A stretch of 63,106 nucleotides of DNA, filler included, from Candidatus Eiseniibacteriota bacterium (GCA_043809585.1; 9 parts of 8 records of this genome joined end to end with filler, not necessarily neighbours in it); one strand, 5' to 3'; positions 20,715 to 31,146 are shown, numbered from the whole stretch's first letter. Notes: a model not told the origin generated them from the letters alone. Numbers and translations are program-made.

Positions 20715-21928
20715 GGCCGCTCCCCCCCGGCGCCGGCGGCCGACCCTTCACCCCCCTCGCCCGGGATCCGGACCTTCATGCCGTCCACGGCGACATCCAT
20801 GGGAGAGAGGATCACGAGATCCCCTTCCGCGAGGCCCGAGTCGACGAACACCTCGTCCCGGCCCGCCCGGAGAACCGACACCTCCCGGTATCGGAGCCGG
20901 CCCTCCTCGTAGAGATAGACCCGGTCTCCGTGGCGGAGCGCCGGCCGGGGGAGCCGTACGACGCCATCGAAGGTCCGCCCCTCGATCGTCGCCTGCACGA
21001 AGAGGCCCGCGGCGAGCGGGAACCGGCCGGGATCGTCCCCCGCCCCCGCGCCGTACGGATCGACGACGCGGGCCACGGCGTGGACCATGCGGCTCATCGG
21101 ATCGATCTCCCCCTCGACGCGGACGACGCGCCCCCGCCAGACCGGCTCGGCGCCCGCCACCCGGGCCGTGAGCGTGACCGCCGGGCCCTCCGCCGATTCC
21201 CTCTCCCCCCGGTGACCGATGGGGAGATCGAGATAGGCGAGGTCGTCGTCCGGCAGAGGGAGGCGGACCTCGGCGTAGTCGACGGCGTAGATCACGGCCA
21301 CCGCCGCCCCTTTGCCGACGTACTGGCCCACGTCGGCCAATTTCTTCCGCACCCGGCCCGCGAAGGGGGCGCGAATGAGGGCCCGTTCCAGATCGAGCTC
21401 GGCCTGGGTGAGAGCGGCCTCCGCATTGGCGACGATGGCCCTCGCCTCGGCGAGCTGGGGCTCCCGGAGGGTGAGGGACGAGGGTTCCCCTTCGCCGAGG
21501 GATTCCCACTCCTTCCGGGCCAGTTCCGATTCCGCCTTCTCCCTCGCGAGGAGGACCTCCGCCTGGGCCACCTGGCTCCGGGCGCGGATCACGGCGAGTT
21601 CGTAGTCCCGGGCGTCCACGCGGACGAGCACGTCCCCTTTCTCGAAGAACCCGCCGCTCTCGAACGAAGGGGCGGCGGAGACGATCCTCCCCGGCGATTC
21701 GGCGACCAGAGTGATCTCCGTTCGGGGCTCGACGGTGCCTTGGCTCGGGATGTCGATGCGCACGCCCGCGAGCCGGACCTCGGTCACGCGAACGAGCGGG
21801 CCGGGGGGGGTGGGCGTCGTGCGTTCGACCTCGGGACGGGTCGCGATCAGGATGCGCGCGACGACGACCGCGAGCACGACAAGGCCGAGCGGGAAGAGCG
21901 TCTTCCGGTGGCGGCGGATCCAGTTCAT
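20711..21928 (-). CDS. RND periplasmic adaptor (MFP)
   Basis: N-terminal TM, lipoyl/hairpin motifs GTVEP..GGFFEKGDVL, IRAPFAGRV, RVEGEIDPMSR. Confidence 0.93.
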   Translation of the reverse strand: MNWIRRHRKTLFPLGLVVLAVVVARILIATRPEVERTTPTPPGPLVRVTEVRLAGVRIDIPSQGTVEPRTEITLVAESPGRIVSAAPSFESGGFFEKGDVLVRVDARDYELAVIRARSQVAQAEVLLAREKAESELARKEWESLGEGEPSSLTLREPQLAEARAIVANAEAALTQAELDLERALIRAPFAGRVRKKLADVGQYVGKGAAVAVIYAVDYAEVRLPLPDDDLAYLDLPIGHRGERESAEGPAVTLTARVAGAEPVWRGRVVRVEGEIDPMSRMVHAVARVVDPYGAGAGDDPGRFPLAAGLFVQATIEGRTFDGVVRLPRPALRHGDRVYLYEEGRLRYREVSVLRAGRDEVFVDSGLAEGDLVILSPMDVAVDGMKVRIPGEGGEGSAAGAGGERP

Positions 21929-23400
21929 CGGGCTTGGACCTCCGTTTCCGTGGTCGGTGCCCGTTCGCCGGCGAATCGGTCGGCGAGGGCCCGGTCGAAG
22001 TCGAAGCCGCCGCCGAGAGCGAGGTGGAGATCCACCCGGGCGTCGAGGCGGAGGCGGCGTACGTTCAGGAATTCGCTCTCGGCGGCGAGCGCCTGGCGTT
22101 GCGATTCGAGGACGGTGACGATGTCGGCGAGGCCGGAGCGGTAGCGCTCATCCGCGAGATCCCGGGCGGCGACCGCCTGTTCCGTGGCGCGGCGGAGGGC
22201 CTCCTCCCGGGCGGCGAGGAACTCCTCGGAGGCGAGGGCGGATTCGACTTCCGCGAAGGCGCGAAGGACGGCGGAGGCGTAGGCGGCCAGGGCCTGGCGG
22301 GAGCGGGCTTCGGCGAGATCCACGTTCGCCCGGAGCTTTCCCCCCTGGAAAAGGGGTTGAAGCAGATTTCCCGCGATCGACCAGACCGTGTAGTCGCCGT
22401 CCAGGAGGTCCTTGATCTCCTCGCTCGAGCGGCCGCCGCTCGCCGTGAGGCGGATGCCGGGAAGGAGCGCCCGTTTCGCCCCTCGCACCCGTGCGTCCGA
22501 TGCGGCGACCCGGCGCTCGGCGGCCACCAGATCGGGGCGCCGCCCGAGAAGCTCGTCGGGAAGACCGGCGGGCACCGGAGCGCCGGCCGCGGGGAGCTCT
22601 TCCGGAAGGGCTTCGTCTCCCCGGGGGTAGCGGCCGAGGAGGATCTCGAGCTGCCGCACCGCCCGGTCGTATTGCCCCCGCCGGAGCTCTACGAGCGCTT
22701 CCGAGGCGGCGAGACTGGCGAGGGCGAGGCGGAGATCGAGGGAGGATCGTATCCCCCGCTCGAACCGGGAGCGGATCCGGTCGGCCGAAAGCCGGTAGTT
22801 CTTCGAGGTGACCCGGGCGAGGCGGAGCTGCTGCTGCGCCTCCACGGCGGCGAAGTAGGCCTTGGCGGTCTGGGCGGCGATGGAGAGACGGGTGCCCCCG
22901 AGATCGGCAAGCGTCGCTTCCGCTTCGGCGGCGGCGGCCGACTTCCCGGCGCGGACCCGGCCCCACAGGTCGATCTCCCATCCCGAGTTCAACGAGACTC
23001 CGTGGGAGTTCGAGGTGGTGCGGGCCACACCCCCGTCGCCGCCGAAGCTCGGGAAACCGATGAAGTTCCTGCGCGATCGCGACGCGGCGTAGGAAAGGTC
23101 GAGGCTCGGCCAGAGGCCGGCCCCCGCCACGCGCGCCTCCGCGGCGGCGGCGTCAAGACGGGCGAGGGCGGCGGCGAGATCGTAGTTCCGGGCGAGGGCG
23201 GCCGGCACGAGGGAGTCGAGGACGGGGGACCCGAAGCCGCTCCACCAGGCGTCGACGGCCTCCTCTTCCGCCGGGACACCGGCGGTCCAGACCGGGGGCA
23301 CCGTCAGGTTCGTCTCGGGGGTGGCCCGTTTCGGCGCCGAGCCGCATCCTGCGAGGAGGATGAGGGAGAACGAGGCGGATGCGATGAGGATCCTGCTCAT
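21925..23400 (-). CDS. Outer-membrane efflux lipoprotein (OprM/NodT/TolC family)
   Basis: Lipobox LAGC, WWSGFGSPVL, WEIDLWGR, LLGRRPDLVAAERR, LALGGG. Confidence 0.93.
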   Translation of the reverse strand: MSRILIASASFSLILLAGCGSAPKRATPETNLTVPPVWTAGVPAEEEAVDAWWSGFGSPVLDSLVPAALARNYDLAAALARLDAAAAEARVAGAGLWPSLDLSYAASRSRRNFIGFPSFGGDGGVARTTSNSHGVSLNSGWEIDLWGRVRAGKSAAAAEAEATLADLGGTRLSIAAQTAKAYFAAVEAQQQLRLARVTSKNYRLSADRIRSRFERGIRSSLDLRLALASLAASEALVELRRGQYDRAVRQLEILLGRYPRGDEALPEELPAAGAPVPAGLPDELLGRRPDLVAAERRVAASDARVRGAKRALLPGIRLTASGGRSSEEIKDLLDGDYTVWSIAGNLLQPLFQGGKLRANVDLAEARSRQALAAYASAVLRAFAEVESALASEEFLAAREEALRRATEQAVAARDLADERYRSGLADIVTVLESQRQALAAESEFLNVRRLRLDARVDLHLALGGGFDFDRALADRFAGERAPTTETEVQAR

Positions 23401-23620
23401 CGGGCGACTCCTTCCCCGGGGCTCCGCGATTTCGTGCGCCGGATGCCGGCGGCCATGAAGTCGACGAGCCGATCGATCATCTCGTCGTGATCGTGGGCGC
23501 CGCAGGAATCACACCAGAGGGAGTGGAAGGCGGCGGGGGCGCCCATGGCGTGAATCATGGCTCGGCGAAGAGCTCCTCCGCCACGTCCATGATCCTATCC
23601 TCCGTGTCCGACGTCGGCAT
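23397..23620 (-). pseudogene. TetR-family (PsrA-like) regulator with an internal deletion
   Basis: Start MPTSDTEDRIMDVAEELFAE (TetR helix 1) hits a stop at once; another frame gives a TetR-type C-terminus MIDRLVDFMAAGIR ending in an ATGA overlap with the efflux gene. Confidence 0.75.
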
Positions 23621-23638
23621 GGGGCTTCTCCGATTTCA

Positions 23639-23667
23639 TCAAACAACGATTTGAATCATACGTTTAA
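23639..23667. promoter_or_regulatory. Tandem TetR/PsrA-like operator palindromes
   Basis: TCAAACAACGATTTGA and TGAATCATACGTTTAA in an AT-rich patch directly upstream of the TetR start. Confidence 0.55.
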
Positions 23668-23923
23668 TCTCCGCCGGGCGCAAAGCAAAACGGGGGACAC
23701 TGGAATCGGTTTCACAACCTCCTTCGTCGCGAGATCGAGCGAAAGGTCCGGCGGCAAGGATCAAGGGTGAAAACGCCCGGAGGTGGCCTAAGAAGGCCAT
23801 TGAGGACGATTTTACCCGAGTACGCAGCCGCCGGGCCTTGCAGCCGATCGCAGTAGAATGGAGGTTGTGAAACCGGTTCTAGGGTCTACCCCCGGGATGG
23901 GACGGAGCGTACACTCTACCGCC

Positions 23924-24877
23924 ATGGAAACGACGCCGTGGGGAGAGCTGGCCGCGGTCGGAGCGGCGATGATCTGGGCGGGAACGTCGATCATCTTCAC
24001 CCATGCGGGGAAGAGGGCGACACCTCTGGCGGCGAACACCTTCAAGACCGTCCTCGGCTCCCTCCTCTTTGCCCTGGTCCTGACGATCCGCGAAGGCGTG
24101 CCCTACGGGCGGGGCATCGCCCCCTTCGATTGGGGAATGCTCGCCCTCTCCGGAGTCGTCGGCCTCTCCCTCGGCGACTCGCTTCTCTTCAAGGGGTTCG
24201 TCATCCTCGGCACCCGCCGCGCCATGCTCGTCTTCTCGTTGAATCCGGTGATCGGTGCCGTGGCGGGCTACCTCTTTCTCGGCGAGCGGCTCGGGTGGAA
24301 GGCGATCCTCGGCATGGCGGTCGCCCTCGCGGGGGTCGCGCTCGTCATCGGGGAGAAGCGTCCCCCCGCGCCGGACGGACTCACGCCGCCCCCCGACCCC
24401 ACCCCCCTTCGCCCGGGCCGCGGCTCGCTGATCGCCCGCCACGTGACGCTCTTCGGCATTCTCTTCGCCCTCGGCGGCGGCTTCGGTCAGGCGATCGGAG
24501 CGATCCTCGCCAAGTCCTCGCTCCAGAGAGTCGACACGCTTCCGGCCACGGCGATTCGCATGAGCGCCGCCTCCCTCGGGCTCGTCATTCTCGGGCTCGT
24601 TACCGGAAAGCTCCATCATTGGACCCGCCTGATCATCCAAGGGCGCCTGGCCGCGAGAATGGCCCTCGCGAGCTTCTTCGGCCCCTTCCTCGGCGTCTAC
24701 CTCATGGTCCTCTCCCTCGATCTCGCGCCGACCGGGGTGGCCCTCACCCTTCTGGCCACGTCGCCGATCTGGCTCCTCCCCCTCGGCGCCTGGTTCCAGG
24801 GGGACCGCCCGTCCAAGAGGGAGGCGATCGGCGCTTTCGTCGCCCTCGCCGGCGTGGCGCTGCTCATGCTGCGGTAG
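23924..24877 (+). CDS. DMT/EamA family transporter
   Basis: About ten TM helices; LALSGVVGLSLGD, YLFLGERL repeat pattern. Confidence 0.88.
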   Translation: METTPWGELAAVGAAMIWAGTSIIFTHAGKRATPLAANTFKTVLGSLLFALVLTIREGVPYGRGIAPFDWGMLALSGVVGLSLGDSLLFKGFVILGTRRAMLVFSLNPVIGAVAGYLFLGERLGWKAILGMAVALAGVALVIGEKRPPAPDGLTPPPDPTPLRPGRGSLIARHVTLFGILFALGGGFGQAIGAILAKSSLQRVDTLPATAIRMSAASLGLVILGLVTGKLHHWTRLIIQGRLAARMALASFFGPFLGVYLMVLSLDLAPTGVALTLLATSPIWLLPLGAWFQGDRPSKREAIGAFVALAGVALLMLR

Positions 24878-24896
24878 ACGGGAATCTCGGAGGCGA

Positions 24897-25205
24897 ATGA
24901 TGACAATGGGCGAGATGTTCGAGAAGCTGCTGAAGAAACCCTATCTCGAGATCGGCCCGAACGACCTGGCGGCCCTCCTCGCCCAGACGAAGCCGGTGCG
25001 CGAGGAAACGCCGGGGGGCCGGGGGCCGATTCGCCTGTTTCGTTCGGGCGGCCGGTTTCTGTTCCAGGAGACGAGCGACAAGGGCGAGATCCTCGTCCGC
25101 TCGTTCCCGAGCCGGGAGGAAGCAGACCGGTTCGTCGAGAATCGCCTCGACCTGTACGACATGATGTGGGACGGTTGCGGCTGCAAGATCGACTACTACG
25201 AGTGA
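24897..25205 (+). CDS. Conserved hypothetical protein ending YDMMWDGCGCKIDYYE
   Basis: GGAGG RBS, typical codon usage, follows the EamA gene. Confidence 0.65.
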   Translation: MMTMGEMFEKLLKKPYLEIGPNDLAALLAQTKPVREETPGGRGPIRLFRSGGRFLFQETSDKGEILVRSFPSREEADRFVENRLDLYDMMWDGCGCKIDYYE

Positions 25206-27659
25206 TCAGCGGGCATCGAGATTCCGCGCGGCATCCTCTACGGTTCCTTCGATATCGAGGAAGAAGCCGTGCTCCCCCCGGTGAAGGAGCGTGTCGTTCG
25301 CCACCTCTCCGGAAGCGTACACGTCCTCCGCGCCCCCTTCGTCGACGAAGAGGGAGAAGCTCGTCCCCCCGTGGTAGTCGTTCCCTCCGGCCAAGGCCGG
25401 ACCGGGCGGGTAGCGGTACTCGTCCCGCCCCCCCCGGTCGAGGAAGAAGCAAAAGCTGTTGTGGGCCGACGCCCCCTCGGAGAAGAAGCCCCCTCCCTCG
25501 TACACGTCGTTCCCCCCCTCGTCGATGAAGAGCGTGACGCACTCGTCCCAGGCGAGGCCCTGGGCGACGCCGTGCCGGGTCGTGTAGAGGTCGTTCCCCC
25601 CTTCCTCCAGGAAGACCCCGACCGCCTGGTGGGCGGAGAACCCCTGGTTGTAGCGGGAGCCGACGTACACATCGTCCTCCTTTCCCTCCGCCCGCACGAT
25701 CCCCATTCCGTAGTAGTAGCCGCCCCCCTGGGAGAAGTTCCCCGCCTCCATCCGGTCCGCGCCCCCGCCGTCGACGAGGATGCCGATCCCGCCGGAGGCG
25801 AGGGTCCGGAAGCCGACGCCGCACCCCTGGGACCAGGCGTCGAAGATGCCCGGCGTGCCGTAGCCGGTCGGGTAGTGCCCCTTCGCGTAGTACTCGTCGT
25901 TCCCCGCCCGGTCGGAGAGGGCGCCGATCCCCCGCGGCATGCCGACCCCCTGCACGTGCCCATCCCCCTCGTACCGGTCGTTCCCGTTCTCGTCGATCAG
26001 GAACCCCATGCCGAAGAGCCCGACCCCCTGGCAGAAGGTCCGTCCCCGGTAGGTATCGTCTCCCGCGACGTCGTGAAGGAGGCCGACGCCGAAGTAGCCC
26101 GTTCCCTGGGCCCACGACGTCCCGATGTACATGTCGTCCCCCTCGAGATCGAGAAGCATGCCGACGCCGAGAGTCCCCGACCCCTGCGACCCGGGCTCGG
26201 TGGCTTCGTAGGAGTCGTTCCCCGAGACGTCGATGCAGACCGCGACCGGCAGATCCGGCCCCCGGGCGCCCCCCGCGTTGCCGAGATAGAGGTCGTCGCC
26301 GCCGAGGTCGATCAGGAACGCGACATTTTGGCGAGTGTGCCGGTTACTCCCCGTCCCCGCGATCACGATCCGGCCGTACTCCGTCTCCTTCTCGAAGAGG
26401 ATCTCCTTCTCGAGCGAGTCGGCGTAGAGGACGCGGAGGGAGTCGGCGAGGGCCCGGGCCCAATCGAGCTCGACAAGGGGGTTCGCGTGGACGGCGCCGT
26501 TGATCGTCGAACTCGGAGGATGGCTTAGCGCCAGGGCGATCATTCTTCGGTTTCTCTCGTATCGTTCCCGGTCCCGATCGAAATGGATGTAGATGTCTTC
26601 GGCGAACACCTCGGTCAAGTCGCGAAGACTCTCCTCGAGCATCCGCCGGTCCTCCGGCCGCCATCCCTGGAAGCCGCCCTCGAGGCTCTCCGAAACCACC
26701 GCGATCCGATCTTCGACGCTGTCGAGAACGGGACTGATTCGCTCGTTCGGGGGTCCCGAGTCGAGGAATCGGAGAGGATTCAACGGTGCCGCTTGGATGA
26801 CGTACTTACGAATCCGGCGGGCACCGTAGAGATCGGAGAGGCCAGGCAGATCGATCCGGGTCGAGCCGCCGTTCACGACCGCTTCGAGATGCTCGACCAG
26901 GCCTTCTAGGGAGAGCGGTTCCCGGTGGCCCGCCATCACCAGCGGGGATCGCTCCGGATCAGGATGCCAGTGACACCGCCGCAATCGCCACGAGAGATCG
27001 TCCGTCTCCTCCTCGATCCCGTATCGTTCGACGAGAATTCGGACGAGGGGTGCGAAGTCTCCCTCGTCGATCGAGGCCTCGGCGTCGATCTCCGCGTTCC
27101 ACATTCCCGCCGGCCATTTCGCCTCCGGCCGGGGGCCGAGGACGATCGGAAGGTCGAGCACCTCCTGCGCGACCCTGGCCGACGCGACGAGCGAATCCCC
27201 CGCTTCCAACGAATCGACGACTCGTGAGGGCTCGAACCAGAACCGGATCGAATCGATGCGCGACGCCGGCCCGCCCGCGAAGCGAAGATCCCGCTTCACG
27301 CCGGTCCGGACGATCCGCATCGGGCACGGCTCCCCCCGCTTCTTTCCCTCCAACGTCCGGCGGTAGACCGCCGTGACGCTCTCCTTCGGGCAGGCGAACG
27401 GCTCCCCGCAGATCGACACGATCACGTCACCTACGAGAAGCCCCCCTTCTTCTGCGGGCGAGAAGGGGAAGACCGCCGTCACCAGGAGACCCGACGTTGC
27501 GCCGAAGAGCGCCCCCTCCCCGCCAAGACGTTCCTCCACCACGGGCAACGAGTCGACCGGCTCCGTGTAGATGCCGAGCCACCCCCGGTCCTCGACGGGC
27601 GGTTCCTCGGAGAAAGCAGGGGCGGACGCAATGAAAAGGAGGAGAAGGATGAGGATCAT
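25206..27659 (-). CDS. Secreted PDZ-domain protein with C-terminal Gly/Asp-rich (LIDxxGxDxY) repeats
   Basis: Signal peptide; GWLGI..VFPFSPAEEGGLLVGDVI (PDZ); about ten repeats such as LIDLGGDDLY, LLDLEGDDMY, FIDEGGNDVY; start is close to the contig end. Confidence 0.8.
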   Translation of the reverse strand: MILILLLLFIASAPAFSEEPPVEDRGWLGIYTEPVDSLPVVEERLGGEGALFGATSGLLVTAVFPFSPAEEGGLLVGDVIVSICGEPFACPKESVTAVYRRTLEGKKRGEPCPMRIVRTGVKRDLRFAGGPASRIDSIRFWFEPSRVVDSLEAGDSLVASARVAQEVLDLPIVLGPRPEAKWPAGMWNAEIDAEASIDEGDFAPLVRILVERYGIEEETDDLSWRLRRCHWHPDPERSPLVMAGHREPLSLEGLVEHLEAVVNGGSTRIDLPGLSDLYGARRIRKYVIQAAPLNPLRFLDSGPPNERISPVLDSVEDRIAVVSESLEGGFQGWRPEDRRMLEESLRDLTEVFAEDIYIHFDRDRERYERNRRMIALALSHPPSSTINGAVHANPLVELDWARALADSLRVLYADSLEKEILFEKETEYGRIVIAGTGSNRHTRQNVAFLIDLGGDDLYLGNAGGARGPDLPVAVCIDVSGNDSYEATEPGSQGSGTLGVGMLLDLEGDDMYIGTSWAQGTGYFGVGLLHDVAGDDTYRGRTFCQGVGLFGMGFLIDENGNDRYEGDGHVQGVGMPRGIGALSDRAGNDEYYAKGHYPTGYGTPGIFDAWSQGCGVGFRTLASGGIGILVDGGGADRMEAGNFSQGGGYYYGMGIVRAEGKEDDVYVGSRYNQGFSAHQAVGVFLEEGGNDLYTTRHGVAQGLAWDECVTLFIDEGGNDVYEGGGFFSEGASAHNSFCFFLDRGGRDEYRYPPGPALAGGNDYHGGTSFSLFVDEGGAEDVYASGEVANDTLLHRGEHGFFLDIEGTVEDAARNLDAR

Positions 27660-27689
27660 GGGGAAACAGTAGCGAGAGAACGGGGAACT

Positions 27690-27789
27690 NNNNNNNNNNN
27701 NNNNNNNNNNNNNNNNNNNNNNNNNNNNNNNNNTTAATTAATTAANNNNNNNNNNNNNNNNNNNNNNNNNNNNNNNNNNNNNNNNNNNN
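27690..27789. other. Artificial contig spacer
   Basis: N44-TTAATTAATTAA-N44. Confidence 0.99.
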
Positions 27790-27930
27790 CACGCCATCTG
27801 CGACAGGGCGCGGCATTCACCAATGCTCACATATCGTTGGATATGCTCTGCTTGGTGAATGCCGCGCGCTGCCGCATCTGACGCACTCTCACGCGTTTGC
27901 TCTCGAGATTTTATGGAGAATCAAGGTTAA
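27790..27930. repeat. Palindromic element, family A copy 3 (partial)
   Basis: Identical to 17377-17517. Confidence 0.88.
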
Positions 27931-28039
27931 CTGGTATTACGAGCCGGCGGAGAACTTGTGACCGATCGGCGCAACATCGAGAATGCTCGTGGAATTGAGC
28001 GGGCCTTTTCGTTAACGAGGCGAAGTGTCGGGTGGCGCC

Positions 28040-30286
28040 CTATCCTCTGCGGCTGATCATGATGATGCCGCAGTTCGTGGAGCGGGCGATGCGGAGGGCG
28101 AGGTCGCCGAACGCCCTCTGCCTGCGGCCGAGGCGCTGGAGGCCGAGGACGACGAGGTCCGACTTCGCGGCGTAGCTCACGACCGTCTCGGCCACCGCGT
28201 CGCTCCGGACGATCTCGATGCGGTGGGGCCCGAGCAACTCGTCTTGCGCGAGCCTCTCGAGAAGGCGGCGGGAGCGGGACTCCGCGTCGGCCGGGAGATC
28301 GGTCGGCAGGACCTGCAAGAGGGTCACCTCCCGTTCCCCCGTCCGGTGGAGACTGCCGAGAAGCCGGGCCCGCAACTCGTCGTGCCTTCCCCGCCCGCCG
28401 ACGGGAACCAGGATTCTCTTCACTTCCGAGAACCGCCACCCGGGAAGGGCGCGGAGCACGACCACGTCGGAGTGGACCGCGCTCATGAGCGCCTCGAGGT
28501 GCACGCTCACGTTCTTGTCGGCGAGACGGGTCAAACCGAGAAGCAGGCTCTCGCAATGGTAGGTGCGGGCGACCCGCACGATCTCGGGCCACGGCTTCCG
28601 GGCTACCGTCGTGAGCGCCTCGGGCGAGAGCCCCGCGTCGAACGACGCGGCGAGCGAGTTCCGGAGCACCCTGAGGACGCTCTCGAGCCGGATGGCCGTC
28701 TCGGCCGTTACCTGGTCGTCTTTCCGGGGAACCACCGAGAGCAGGAGCACCCGGCCGACCACGGGAGGGGCAAGGGCGTTCGCCACGGCGACCATCGCCA
28801 CCGCGTTCGCCGGATTGGCGATCGGCACGAGCACCCGCGGGCTTCGCCCCCGGAGTCTGATGAGCCGCGGGTCATGGGCCTCCGCGACCGCGTCGACCAC
28901 CCGCGCCCGGCGGCCGAAAAGGGCGATGTAGAGGATGCCCCCGAGCCCGAGCCAGAAGAGCGCGAGAAGACCCGCCGACGGCACCGCGAAACTCTGGAAC
29001 AGGGCGAGGGCGACGCAGGCCGCGCCCCCCGCGACGGGGACCGCCGGGAACCAGGGCGACCGGAAGGGGGGAGGGTGGTCTGCCCCGGCCCGGCGCCGCG
29101 CCAGAACGCTCATCCCGTGGGTGAGGGCGAAGGAGACGAGGAAGATGAGACTCGCCGCCGCCCCCGCCGACGCCACGTCGCCGACGACGAGAACGATCGT
29201 CCCCACCGCGAAAGCGCTCGTCAGGATCGCGAGGGTCGGAGTCCCGCTCCCTTCCCGGGTCTCGGCGAGCTGCCTCGGAAGCGTTCGGTCCCGGGCCATG
29301 GCGAGTACGATCCGGGAAGCGGCGAAGAGGTTCGCGTGGAGCGCCGAGAGCATGGAGAGGAGCGCCGCGACCACGACGATCCAGAATCCGGCCGGCCCCA
29401 AGTAGTTTTGGGCGGCCACGGCGATGAGCGCCTCCGGATCGCGCCGGGCGAGGCCCCCCACCGTCTCGCCCGGCCCCGCGCCGATCACCGTGACGAGGAA
29501 GAGTAGGGGAATGTAAATCGCCAGGGCCGCGCCGAGGGAGAGGAACATGGAGCGCGGAATGACGCGGGCCGGGCTCCGCACCTCCCCGGCGCCCGCGGCG
29601 ATCAGGTCGAATCCCTGGAGGGCGATAAAGGTGAACCCCATCGCCCGGAAGAGCCCGAGGGACCCCTCCGGAAGGAAGGGGACCATGGTCCCCGTGATGT
29701 CGGGCGGAAAGCGGCGGAGAAGAACAACGATCCCGCCCACGATGAGCACGCCGAAGGCGACCACCTTCCCGATGTTCGCCGCCTGCCCCCCGCCCGGACC
29801 TTTTCGGGAGAGGCTCATTGCGTAGAGCCCGATGGCGGCGAGGGCGAAGGCGGGCACGAGACCGGGAGAGGCGAACCACGCCGGCGCTCCGCCGAAAAGG
29901 GCGCGGCAGAGACGGCCCAGGAAAATCACGGCGTAGGCGCCGAAGCCGATCGCGTAGAGAACGCCCGCCACGATCGACGCGAACCAGACCACCCACCCGA
30001 CGGCGAAGGCGGCACGGACCGAAAGGACCTTTTTCGCGTAGGTGTAGGAGCCGCCCGACTGGGGGAAGGCGCTCGCCATCTCGGCGAAACTGAGCGCCGT
30101 CAGCAGGGCGATGACGCCGTTCAGCGCGAAGGCGAGAATCGCCCCCGGTCCGGCGGAGGCGAAGGCGACGCCCGCGAGGGCGAGAATGCCCCCCCCCACG
30201 ATGGCGCCCACGCCGACCCCGGTCGCACCGAGGAGACCCAGGGTCCGGCCCTCGCCCATTTCCCGGTTCGATGCGGTCGAGTCCAT
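28040..30286 (-). CDS. APC-family amino acid permease fused to two USP-like domains
   Basis: RTLGLLGATGVGVGAIVGGGI, FAEMASAFPQSGGSY, GFDLI..GEV; C-terminal VLVPIANP and RILVPVGG..DLVVLG. Confidence 0.88.
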   Translation of the reverse strand: MDSTASNREMGEGRTLGLLGATGVGVGAIVGGGILALAGVAFASAGPGAILAFALNGVIALLTALSFAEMASAFPQSGGSYTYAKKVLSVRAAFAVGWVVWFASIVAGVLYAIGFGAYAVIFLGRLCRALFGGAPAWFASPGLVPAFALAAIGLYAMSLSRKGPGGGQAANIGKVVAFGVLIVGGIVVLLRRFPPDITGTMVPFLPEGSLGLFRAMGFTFIALQGFDLIAAGAGEVRSPARVIPRSMFLSLGAALAIYIPLLFLVTVIGAGPGETVGGLARRDPEALIAVAAQNYLGPAGFWIVVVAALLSMLSALHANLFAASRIVLAMARDRTLPRQLAETREGSGTPTLAILTSAFAVGTIVLVVGDVASAGAAASLIFLVSFALTHGMSVLARRRAGADHPPPFRSPWFPAVPVAGGAACVALALFQSFAVPSAGLLALFWLGLGGILYIALFGRRARVVDAVAEAHDPRLIRLRGRSPRVLVPIANPANAVAMVAVANALAPPVVGRVLLLSVVPRKDDQVTAETAIRLESVLRVLRNSLAASFDAGLSPEALTTVARKPWPEIVRVARTYHCESLLLGLTRLADKNVSVHLEALMSAVHSDVVVLRALPGWRFSEVKRILVPVGGRGRHDELRARLLGSLHRTGEREVTLLQVLPTDLPADAESRSRRLLERLAQDELLGPHRIEIVRSDAVAETVVSYAAKSDLVVLGLQRLGRRQRAFGDLALRIARSTNCGIIMISRRG

Positions 30287-30477
30287 CACCCGCGCCTCCC
30301 CCACCCGGGCCGCCAGGCGGCGAACGAGCGTCGCCGCCATTGTAACAGGGAAGAGAGGCCGGGAGTATGGGGACTTCCGGCGGACCGCCCTCTGCAAGAA
30401 TCCCCTTGGCGGGGGGGCGGCCGGGCCTCACAATGGGCGTAAAGAGATTCCCACTGAAACTCGACTCGGGAGGTATT

Positions 30478-31146
30478 ATGAGCAGCGCCACCACGGGACC
30501 CGGCCAGGAGCGCAATCTGGCCGTGTTCCTCGACTTCGAGAATCTCGCCCTCGGCTTCACCGGCCGCAGGGAGAAGGCGTTCGACATCCAGCGTGTCCTC
30601 GACCGGCTCCTCGACAAAGGAAAGGTCCTCGTCAAGACCGCCTACGCCGACTGGGGGCGATTCCGCGAGTACACCCAGCCTCTCCACGAGGCGGGCGTCG
30701 AACTCGTGGAGATCCCCAAGCGGTCGTCGACGGGCAAGAACTCGGCGGACATCCGCCTCTGCGTCGACGCCATGGACCTCAGCTACAGCAAGGAGCACAT
30801 CAACACGTTCGTCGTCGTCTCGGGGGACAGCGACTTCTCGCCGCTCGTGTCGAAACTGAAGGAGAACGGCAAGTACGTCATCGGCCTCGGGATGAAGAAG
30901 TCGACGTCCAAGCTCCTCTCCGACAATTGCGACGAATTCCTCTACTACGAGGAACTGGATCAGGCGGAAACGACCGAGACCGTGTCGACGGGCACCAAGA
31001 AGATCCCCACGACGAAGCGTGAGGTCTATTTCCTTCTCTTCGACGCGATCCGCGCCCTGCAGCGGGAGAACTGGGGCGTGATCTACTCGTCCCTCGTGAA
31101 GGACACGATGAAGGGGAAGCGCCCCTCCTTCAACGAGTCGAGCTAC
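30478..31146 (+). CDS. NYN domain (LabA/DUF88) protein, truncated by the contig end
   Basis: AVFLDFEN, AYADW, GKNSADIRLCVDAMD, VSGDSDFSPLV; start of an OST-HTH-like region (SLVKDTMKGKRPSFNE). Confidence 0.9.
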
